64,000 nucleotides of DNA from assembly GCA_012026935.1 (NCBI GenBank), contig VEPI01000001.1:26464-90463 (forward strand), written 5' to 3'. This document shows positions 18,503-26,755 of the stretch, piece by piece. Below the pieces are notes generated by a model, which worked only from the letters and a program-made list of their open reading frames with translations, did no database searches and was not told where the DNA came from. Every line of letters begins with the position of its first letter. Position 1 is the stretch's first letter. The translations under genes and the position numbers were made by a program. Source of the stretch: Melioribacter sp. (GTDB lineage: Bacteria > Bacteroidota > Ignavibacteria > Ignavibacteriales > Melioribacteraceae).

Positions 18503-21148
18503 TTATTTGATCAACATCATCTTCTTAACACTAGTGAACGAACTACTTTCGATTCTGTAAATGTAAACACCAGATGCAAAACGGGTAGCATCGAAATTAA
18601 CAGTATATTTACCTGCTTCTTGATATTTATTTACTAAATCTGCAACCTGGCGACCAAGTATATCATAAATCTTTAATGTAACGAGACCCGGCTTAGCAAT
18701 TGTGTATTTAATTTGTGTAGCTGGGTTGAAAGGATTAGGATAGTTTTGATCTAATGAATATTGCAGCGGTAGTTCATCTTTTACATCTGTTACAATAACA
18801 TCGGAACTTCCGTACCATGAATACATCCAGGTATTTGGATATTGCCAACCGGCATCATTATCATATGGTGACCAGCCTAATTGACCTTCGCGGTTTCTCC
18901 ATAGTTCGGGAGAGTTTAATCCATCGTTATCACAAACCAACAACTGAAGCGGAATCTTAAATCCTTCATGTAGATAGAGTGTGTCTTGTGTGCCTGCTGG
19001 GGTTTTTCTTAATTTTATAATATCGGCTAATGCTAATCTTCCTTCAACCATATAACCAGACGGGAATTTTTCCTGCCAGTAATAATTTGTACCGGGCATT
19101 AACAACGAATCTTTTTCTGATTCCCAGTGATCACTTCTTGCTCTATCTTTATTAAATCTAAAATGGTAATCCGGAAAGTGACCATGTCTGTAAGAAGTAT
19201 GTTGTCTTGCTTCTTGATTGTATAAGCCGATTTCAATATCAACACAGTCAAGTGCCCAGCTTGAACCTTGACTCAAGTATGATATATTATTATAAACAAT
19301 ATCATCAGTAACATCGGCAGCGAAATACAAATAAGTTTTATCCATTGCCAAATAAATATTTGCAGAACAATCAGCATCATTAGAAATAGTAAATCCCGTC
19401 ATAATATGTCCTGATCCGTCAGATGGTTTTAACGTGAAAGGTGTAACACCGGCCCATTCCGTCAAATTACCATCAGCCGCCCAGCTTGGCGGTGTCATAT
19501 TGGGAATTGTAGGAATACCTTTCGCTGTATTACCAATTGCACCGGTAGCTGTTAATGCACCTAGGTTACCAGCTTTATCAATTGCTCTTACAGCATAATA
19601 ATAAAAATCAGTTCTATCCGTCTTGGGTGATCTTAAAAGATGTTCAAATACCTGTGTCCCTCTTGGAATACCTGCTGCGGCAACTTCAACTCCTGCTGCG
19701 CTGGTATTTGTAATTGGATTCTTGCTTACATAAACATAATATTTTTCTGTTGTTTCACCTGCAAGATCTGTCCATGTAATTAGATTTGAATAAGTACCTT
19801 TAACAAAATTTACTGATGGAGCTAATGGTGCTGTTATATCAAAAATTTGGAATCCTGATTGCTGCATTACACCAAAAAGCAAAGTTCCGGTCATCTTCTC
19901 ACCTTTAGGACCGGCATCCGGCCCAACACCAACACCTAGAACTTCAAATCTGATTTTGTTAACCTTATCAGGATTAAATGTTTGATCTCCTTTAGCCCCG
20001 TTTGGATTTAAACCAAATGCACCGATCGGAGGGTATTGATCTCCATTAGTACTATAAGCTGTTTGCTTAAGCGGTAATGTGTACCGGGTCCAATCAGATG
20101 TCTGTGTTAAATTAATAGGAACTTTTGTAATCCATTGTTCCCCATCATCTTCAAAGAGAAAAATTCTTACTATAGCTCTTGCAGGTACACTAGTTGTAAC
20201 CGCAGTTTTATTTTTGAGAAAGATTGTTAAAGCAGTTCTTTCAAGAAATTTTGCCGGAGCTGTTACCGGAAGATCAAATGCAACAAAGCCGCCCCAATCT
20301 TGAGAGGCATTGCATGTATAATCAAATTTCAATGAACCGGTTGTACCTTCAACGTTATCCGTAGCTTCATTTGATAAAGCAACGGAACCTTTATCAGTTG
20401 CACCGGCCCAGCCCATATCGTCAACACCAAATTGTGAAGCCATGTTAACAAACGAAACATATGGTGGCGGATAGTGATCGCCGGTTATTGCAAAACCGTC
20501 CAATAAAACTGTTCCTGAAGCCGTGGGTGTATTGGGGTTATTTCCACCGGTTGTTGGAACATAAACTACGGCCCACTCAAATCCGTTTACATGGTCCCAA
20601 GCCATTTCTCTATCACCATCCTGTGCTTGGTAAGTCCAAGAAATAGTTTTATCGGTGCCCATTGTAAAATCAACTGTTACTTGTTTCCATGTTCCGGATG
20701 CATCCGAGAGATCTACCGGAACTTCGCGAAATACACGGTTTTCATGTCCGTCAAGTATATCGCATATTTTGAATTCCATTACCATTGCACCGGGAGACGA
20801 AAAAACTGCCGGCTTAGTTACTTTGTACCAGAAAGTTATTGCAGTACCGGTGGATAAATCCAAAACCGTGGAAAGGGGTTTAACGGATGTACGAACAACA
20901 TAACCACCCCAGCTGTCTCCAGCACCAACAGTGTAATCGAGCTCGAGGCAACCGGTACCTTCTTTTTGTCCGGTGGTTACATCTTTAACATCCCATTTAG
21001 CTGTAGCATCACCCTGGTTGTTATATAGATTGGCCATATCCCAGAAACCGCTTGCAACCGAATTATCAAACGGCTGGAACACATACTTTTGCGCGTATGA
21101 TGACCCAACGATGAATAGAAATAGTGCGAGTGTTAGAAGTTTTTGCAT
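18503..21148 (-). CDS. Non-catalytic multi-domain surface protein: two CBM/galactose-binding-like modules, Fn3-like, CBM9/DOMON-like, T9SS CTD
   Basis: 881 aa with an AAGGAG-type SD and a signal peptide. Internal duplication: EGTGCLELDYTVGAGDSWGGYVV versus EGTTGSLKFDYTCNASQDWGGFVAF. An Fn3-like segment is present (YYYAVRAIDKAGN). CTD LDQNYPNPFNP...SGVYIYRI...KKMMLIK. I recognised no glycosidase motif. Confidence 0.55.
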   Translation of the reverse strand: MQKLLTLALFLFIVGSSYAQKYVFQPFDNSVASGFWDMANLYNNQGDATAKWDVKDVTTGQKEGTGCLELDYTVGAGDSWGGYVVRTSVKPLSTVLDLSTGTAITFWYKVTKPAVFSSPGAMVMEFKICDILDGHENRVFREVPVDLSDASGTWKQVTVDFTMGTDKTISWTYQAQDGDREMAWDHVNGFEWAVVYVPTTGGNNPNTPTASGTVLLDGFAITGDHYPPPYVSFVNMASQFGVDDMGWAGATDKGSVALSNEATDNVEGTTGSLKFDYTCNASQDWGGFVAFDLPVTAPAKFLERTALTIFLKNKTAVTTSVPARAIVRIFLFEDDGEQWITKVPINLTQTSDWTRYTLPLKQTAYSTNGDQYPPIGAFGLNPNGAKGDQTFNPDKVNKIRFEVLGVGVGPDAGPKGEKMTGTLLFGVMQQSGFQIFDITAPLAPSVNFVKGTYSNLITWTDLAGETTEKYYVYVSKNPITNTSAAGVEVAAAGIPRGTQVFEHLLRSPKTDRTDFYYYAVRAIDKAGNLGALTATGAIGNTAKGIPTIPNMTPPSWAADGNLTEWAGVTPFTLKPSDGSGHIMTGFTISNDADCSANIYLAMDKTYLYFAADVTDDIVYNNISYLSQGSSWALDCVDIEIGLYNQEARQHTSYRHGHFPDYHFRFNKDRARSDHWESEKDSLLMPGTNYYWQEKFPSGYMVEGRLALADIIKLRKTPAGTQDTLYLHEGFKIPLQLLVCDNDGLNSPELWRNREGQLGWSPYDNDAGWQYPNTWMYSWYGSSDVIVTDVKDELPLQYSLDQNYPNPFNPATQIKYTIAKPGLVTLKIYDILGRQVADLVNKYQEAGKYTVNFDATRFASGVYIYRIESSSFTSVKKMMLIK

Positions 21149-21218
21149 AGTACTTCTCCTTTTGTTTAGTGCCTCTATTATTTATTAAGTGCTATCTATT
21201 AAATGAACCTACATTTTC

Positions 21219-22841
21219 TTATACAAAGAGAAACCACAAACTCAAAGTTAAAACCAGAATTAAACCGGAAAGAAGAATATTAATTTTCACCTGCGGAATG
21301 GCTACAACATTATTAGTTACACCGGTTCCGTTATTTTTTTTGCCTAGCAGAAAATCAATTTTAGATATGTTAGTTTCTCCTTCATAATAGACTAAATAAC
21401 TAAGAAAGATTACAAGCAACGAAGTTGCGAGGAAAAGAAATATTGTAAAGTGTAAATAGTTAACCTGCGCATATGCCATTAGAATCGGGTTATCTATCAT
21501 TCCCGACTTATTCATAATTTCAATTAAGAATCTTGAAACACCAAGAAACTCACCAACGATTAGAGAAACAAAAACACTTTTAGCACTTACTTTTTTTAGA
21601 GTTAATCCTAAAATAAAAACTGCCGTTATAGGTGCGCTAATAAATGCTTGTGTGCTTTGTAAAAAAATGTAAATGTGAGAGTTCACAATCTTTACAAACG
21701 GAACAAGAAGAATTACAACAACAACAGTAACGATAGTAGCCATTCTCCCGACAAGTACTAATGTTCTATCCGACGCATCGGGATGTTTGGGTTTATAAAA
21801 ATCAATTGTGTAAAGTGCCGCTATGCTGTTAAATGATGCTGAAAGAGACGACATTACTGCAGATAAAAATCCTACAATTACCAAACCTTTAATTCCAACA
21901 GGGAGAATATCACTTGCTATTAAAGTCGGATACGCTTCGTCTCCCCTTATTTCAGGAAAGAGTGCAAATGCAATTAAACCAGGTGTTACAAGAATAAAAA
22001 TCGGCAGGATTTTTAGAAAAGAAGCCATGATTGTGCCAGTACGAGCATCGTTAATACTTTTAGCACCAAGCACTCTCTGCACTATATAATTGTCGGCACA
22101 CCAATACCAAAATGCTATTATAGGTGCACCGAAAATAATTCCCGTCCATGGAAAGTCCGGGTCGCTCATAGATTTGAACATCTGGAAATGCTCAGCCGGT
22201 AATCTTTCACGCAGACCGGCAAAACCGCCGACTTCATTAAAACTAAACACCGTTAATAAAAAAGCACCGACAAGTAAAAGGATTCCTTGAAACACTTGTG
22301 TCCGAACAACTGCTGAAAAGCCTCCGACCAAAGAATAAATTCCGGTTAGAAGAACAATAATAACAGCTGAAGAGAAAATGCTTAATCCAAAGATTTTATT
22401 AAACAGAATTCCACCTGCAAAAAGAGTTACTAAAATTTTAGTTATTACATACGTAAAAATTGAGAGCCCGGAAAAAAACTTTCTGCTCGACGCATCGAAT
22501 CTTTTTTCTAAAAATTCCGGCGTTGTTAAAACTCCGGCTCTTTTATAAATTGGAGCAATAATCCATCCGAGAAGAATTAAAAAGAAAATTGCAATCAATT
22601 CAAATTGCGCAACGGCTAATCCGCGTGCAGCCCCTTGTCCGGCAAGACCAATAAAATGTTCACTAGAAATGTTGGTTGCAAAAAGTGTAATACCAATAGC
22701 AAACCAACTAAGATTTCTGCCTGCAAGAAAATAGTCTGTCAAATTCTTATCACTGTTTCGCATGTATAGTCCAATCCCTAAAACAGCAATAAAGTAAACA
22801 AGAATTATCAAACTATCGTAAATGCTGATTGGATTATTCAT
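21219..22841 (-). CDS. Sodium:solute symporter (SSS/SGLT family), probable sugar importer
   Basis: 540 aa with about 13-14 TM helices. It has an SSS-type N-terminus (DYFLAGRNLSWFAIGITLFATNISSEHFIGLAG). Confidence 0.8.
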   Translation of the reverse strand: MNNPISIYDSLIILVYFIAVLGIGLYMRNSDKNLTDYFLAGRNLSWFAIGITLFATNISSEHFIGLAGQGAARGLAVAQFELIAIFFLILLGWIIAPIYKRAGVLTTPEFLEKRFDASSRKFFSGLSIFTYVITKILVTLFAGGILFNKIFGLSIFSSAVIIVLLTGIYSLVGGFSAVVRTQVFQGILLLVGAFLLTVFSFNEVGGFAGLRERLPAEHFQMFKSMSDPDFPWTGIIFGAPIIAFWYWCADNYIVQRVLGAKSINDARTGTIMASFLKILPIFILVTPGLIAFALFPEIRGDEAYPTLIASDILPVGIKGLVIVGFLSAVMSSLSASFNSIAALYTIDFYKPKHPDASDRTLVLVGRMATIVTVVVVILLVPFVKIVNSHIYIFLQSTQAFISAPITAVFILGLTLKKVSAKSVFVSLIVGEFLGVSRFLIEIMNKSGMIDNPILMAYAQVNYLHFTIFLFLATSLLVIFLSYLVYYEGETNISKIDFLLGKKNNGTGVTNNVVAIPQVKINILLSGLILVLTLSLWFLFV

Positions 22842-22966
22842 ATATAATATTCCTCAAAAATAGTACCGTTGCTGAATTGAAAAATTCGTCGGATTTAGAG
22901 ATAATTCTTAAGACTTAAATAATTAGCTTATTATTTTGATAACATGCACTTATTAATTTAATAAAT

Positions 22967-24019
22967 CTATTTTATCAACATTAGTTTTCTGCTTTGATAA
23001 AAAGAACCTGAGGAAAGTGAATAAATATAAACTCCAGATGAAAGTTTTGAAGCATCAAATTGAACAGAAAAATTTCCTTCCTGGTGGTATTTGTTTACAA
23101 GCTGTGTTACTTCCTTGCCTAATAAATCAAAAACTTTTATTGAAACATTTCCGGCATCTGCTATAGAGTATTTAATGATCGTAAGTGGATTGAAAGGATT
23201 GGGATAGTTTTGTTCCAAAGAAAAATTATTAATTTGTTGTGTTTTCTCTACATTAGTCGGAGTTGTTTGATAAACTCTTACGTAATCAACAAACATTGAA
23301 TCCGGCATTGGTGTTGTGCTGTCAGGATTACCAGGCCAATTACCCCCAACAGCTAAATTTAAGATGATAAAAAAAGGCTGATGAAAAGCGCCGGTATTCG
23401 AGACTCCATTTGTAATATTAACAGACCAATATTTACTTCCGTCAACAAACCAATTTATAGATTGTGGGTTCCACTCAATAGAATAAACATGAAAATTTTG
23501 TACACCAACACCCCAATAATTTCCGCCGGATGAGACGTGACCGTTGTTATCCCAATGCATTGTACCGTATATGATAGAACTGGTATTAATATGTTCCATT
23601 ATATCAATCTCACCGCATTTTGGCCAACTAACTTGTGTTATATTATTCCCTAACATCCAAAATGCCGGCCACAAACCTTTTCCGGATGGAAGTTTAATAT
23701 TAGCTTCTATTTTTCCATACGTAAAACTTTTTAACCCTTGAGTTTTTAATCGTGCAGATGTATAATTATTTGAACCATAAGATTCCTTTCTTGCAATGAT
23801 CAGTAAATTTCCGTTGACAACTTTGGCATTTTCGGTTCTATTGGTGTAATACTCTAATTCATTATTACCCCATCCATGCCCGCCGATATCATAAGTCCAA
23901 TTAGAGGTATTAATGTTAGTGGAGTTAAATTCATCCGACCAAATTAATTGATAGTTTTGTGCTAACGATACAGAAGTAAATAACACAGTTCCAAAAAGGA
24001 GAGATATTGTTTTATTCAT
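22967..24019 (-). CDS. Secreted GH16 laminarinase-type beta-glucanase with T9SS CTD
   Basis: 350 aa. Motifs: WSDEFN and the catalytic motif GEIDIMEH. CTD LEQNYPNPFNP...SGVYIYSL...RKLMLIK. Confidence 0.9.
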   Translation of the reverse strand: MNKTISLLFGTVLFTSVSLAQNYQLIWSDEFNSTNINTSNWTYDIGGHGWGNNELEYYTNRTENAKVVNGNLLIIARKESYGSNNYTSARLKTQGLKSFTYGKIEANIKLPSGKGLWPAFWMLGNNITQVSWPKCGEIDIMEHINTSSIIYGTMHWDNNGHVSSGGNYWGVGVQNFHVYSIEWNPQSINWFVDGSKYWSVNITNGVSNTGAFHQPFFIILNLAVGGNWPGNPDSTTPMPDSMFVDYVRVYQTTPTNVEKTQQINNFSLEQNYPNPFNPLTIIKYSIADAGNVSIKVFDLLGKEVTQLVNKYHQEGNFSVQFDASKLSSGVYIYSLSSGSFYQSRKLMLIK

Positions 24020-24037
24020 AAAACAATTTTCTTAGGA

Positions 24038-26395
24038 TCATTTTATCAGCAACATCTTTTTTGTTTGCACATAATTACCAGCATGTAAACTATAAAAATA
24101 AACACCGGAATTTAATTTATAATTTTGTGTTGAAAATTGAGAATTATAAACACCTGCTTGTTTAAATTCATTCACTAATGTTGTTACTTCTCTTCCCAGA
24201 AGATCGTAAACTTTCAGTGTTACAAAACTGCCGGCTGATAATTGCCATTTGATAACTGTAGTAGGATTAAACGGATTTGGATAGTTCTGTTCTAATCGAA
24301 ATTCAGTCGGCAATTTTTCTGTTGGATTTTCCTTAACGCTAACTATCAAACCATCTTTATTTGCATAAGGCAAATAAGAACTGCGTAAAGTTGCAGCAAT
24401 TGATTTTTCTGTTGTTCTATCCATTGATATCAAACCCATTGTCTGCCATCCGTTTTTCTTCGCTTTAAATTGATACCAGTCAAAAACACACCACCAAGTA
24501 GTGCCCATTAAATTTCCCGATTGATTTTCTAACCCTGCGGCATCATATGGAGTATTGTATTTGAATGCGCTAAATGTTTGATTAAAAACATTTACTTGTT
24601 CCGATGCCGTTGATCCGTTTTCCGATGACCAATAACCAAATTCTGTATCAAGAATAGGTTTATTGGGAAATGCTGCCTTTGCATCATTGACAAATGTATA
24701 AGTAGGACCTAAATATTGACCGCTTCTTCCATAAAAAATTCCGAAGTAAATTGTCCAGCCTGCGACATCAAGCGGATCTTGAGTTACATCCGCAGCGCCT
24801 GGTTTGTCCGCAGCTGCAGATTGTGTAAGTAATCGTCCATCGTCGTAATTTGTTCTGTAGTCATTTTTTATATTGTTATAAAAAACTAATCTTCCGCCGC
24901 CATCAAGATGGCATTCATTCGATGTACTCCACATAATCACTGATGGTCTATTATAATCTTTGAAAACCATTTCTCTAAACATTTGCGTATGAAGTTGCCG
25001 GCTGTTTTGAATATCCCAAACATCTTGCGTGTCCCACTGCCAGACAGGAATTTCTTCCATAATAGCAATTCCAAGACGGTCCGCAATTAAATATGTATAA
25101 AGGTGATTAGGATAATGTGCGGTTCTTAGGTAAAGTGCATTTAGGTTTTTAACAGTTACTAAATCCGAGTAAATAATATTCTTCGGAACGCTTCTTCCGT
25201 AATCTGGATGTTCTTCATGTCTTGCCACACCGGGTAAAAACATAATTTTATTATTGAATATAAATTTACCTTTACTTGCCGCAACAGTTCTAATTCCAAA
25301 TTGTGTATAGTATTCATCTAAAATTAATGCACCACTTGTTAAGGTTACTTTCATTACATAAAGATTGGGTGATTTCATTGTCCAGAGTTTTGGATTTGAC
25401 AGCTTTAGATTTGTTTTCCAAACAGATGCTGAATTTGGATTTATTGTTAGAGTGTTTTGAGTGGAACCGGATAAAACCGCTTGAGTTCCAACCAAATCTT
25501 TTGCAAACTCAGATTGAATATTATTTTGAGTTACGTTTGCTTCGAAAACTTCTACATCAACAGTAACGGTTGAATTTGCGTTTTTATTATTATTAAGGAT
25601 TACATTCGTTTCAAAATTTCCATCTAAATCTTTTGGTATAATATTAACTCTTGCAACGGAAGAAGTTTCAGAAAATTCAAGATAAATGTCGTGAATTACG
25701 CCTGCCCAGTTAAACCAATCAACAGTGTTAAAAGGAATAATATCTTTTCTTGAATTCCATGCAATATTATCAACTCTTATTGCTATGGTATTGGGAGAAC
25801 TATAATTAATCAACGAAGAAACATTAAATGCAAAAGGCGTGTAACCTCCTTCATGATAACCAACATAGGTACCATTAATCCAAATATCGCAGACATAATT
25901 AACAGCATAGAACATAAGCTTAACAAACTTACCGCTATTAGCTGCATCTACATTAAAAGTTCTTCTGTACCAAATTCCGTCATTATAAAATTCCGGATAT
26001 GCACCGTTCGGTGCGGTTGCTTCCGTTAATGCGTTTTCCACGCCAGGAAGATTTTTCGTATTCCAATTAGAATCATCATAGCTTGATAGCTGTCGTCCAT
26101 TTGCTTCAGTTTCAAGAGCAGCTATTCCTGAAGCATCTCTTTTAGACATTGTTAAATTATCAGCCGCTGCGAAGCGCTGTTTTTTCCATTCTCCGGATAA
26201 ATCAATTATTGTTCTTGAATTTTGTTTTTCAAAAGATGGAACAGGTATTCCATTTTGATAAGGAACTTTTACACCGGAGATGTCAATCAGGCTTAATGTG
26301 GGTTCCAAAGTAGCGGTTTGCGCTTTTATTATTCCGCTTTCGGCAAATATTATATATATAAAAATTATAGAAATTGTTAGTAAGTACCGTCGCAT
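24038..26395 (-). CDS. Glycoside hydrolase family 2-like enzyme with T9SS CTD
   Basis: 785 aa. It has a GH2-like sugar-binding N-domain and a TIM barrel with WSTSNECH (acid/base NE) and DTEFGYW (nucleophile region). CTD LEQNYPNPFNP...SGVYFYSL...KKMLLIK. Confidence 0.7.
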   Translation of the reverse strand: MRRYLLTISIIFIYIIFAESGIIKAQTATLEPTLSLIDISGVKVPYQNGIPVPSFEKQNSRTIIDLSGEWKKQRFAAADNLTMSKRDASGIAALETEANGRQLSSYDDSNWNTKNLPGVENALTEATAPNGAYPEFYNDGIWYRRTFNVDAANSGKFVKLMFYAVNYVCDIWINGTYVGYHEGGYTPFAFNVSSLINYSSPNTIAIRVDNIAWNSRKDIIPFNTVDWFNWAGVIHDIYLEFSETSSVARVNIIPKDLDGNFETNVILNNNKNANSTVTVDVEVFEANVTQNNIQSEFAKDLVGTQAVLSGSTQNTLTINPNSASVWKTNLKLSNPKLWTMKSPNLYVMKVTLTSGALILDEYYTQFGIRTVAASKGKFIFNNKIMFLPGVARHEEHPDYGRSVPKNIIYSDLVTVKNLNALYLRTAHYPNHLYTYLIADRLGIAIMEEIPVWQWDTQDVWDIQNSRQLHTQMFREMVFKDYNRPSVIMWSTSNECHLDGGGRLVFYNNIKNDYRTNYDDGRLLTQSAAADKPGAADVTQDPLDVAGWTIYFGIFYGRSGQYLGPTYTFVNDAKAAFPNKPILDTEFGYWSSENGSTASEQVNVFNQTFSAFKYNTPYDAAGLENQSGNLMGTTWWCVFDWYQFKAKKNGWQTMGLISMDRTTEKSIAATLRSSYLPYANKDGLIVSVKENPTEKLPTEFRLEQNYPNPFNPTTVIKWQLSAGSFVTLKVYDLLGREVTTLVNEFKQAGVYNSQFSTQNYKLNSGVYFYSLHAGNYVQTKKMLLIK

Positions 26396-26755
26396 AGAAT
26401 TCTCTTTTATTTAGAATTAACAAAAATGATTTTTCAAAAAAGGTACCAGAAAACAAAATTAAAACATTGCAATTTTCGTAAAATTCAGATAGAACCATAA
26501 AGCTGAACTGCAGAGCTTATTATATTAATAACATTAAGTTATAAATTTGATAATAGGGGAAATTTATTCAACTAGAAGTTAATCTTTTAAGACTATGGGA
26601 AATTTTCTGAAATGTCGTTCATGCTTTTCGCAGACAAGTCGAAGAAGCGGAATGACTAAGAAATCACTTATTAGAATTAAAAATTTTTCTCATCTATTGA
26701 AATGACAAAAATATATTTTTCAGACAGCACTATTAGAAATAATTGTTCCCAACAA

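Noticed and set aside
21149-21218. Looked for canonical sigma54 promoters (TGGCAC-N5-TTGC) upstream of the 881-aa gene, the transporter operon (18424-18502), GH16 (11356-11551), MFS (9410-9546) and both sides of 32901-33102.
   Set aside because: I found only partial matches, for example AGGCAC with no -12 box at about 21170. None has both elements with correct spacing. The only spacing-correct candidates are reported as a low-confidence finding at 26431-26448 and 22854-22868.
26283-26498. 71-aa minus-strand ORF spanning the GH2 start region, and a 15-codon plus-strand ORF at 26612 (MSFMLFADKSKKRND).
   Set aside because: The first overlaps the GH2 signal-peptide codons out of frame. Neither has an SD, a codon bias or any motif. 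The spacer is treated as non-coding.
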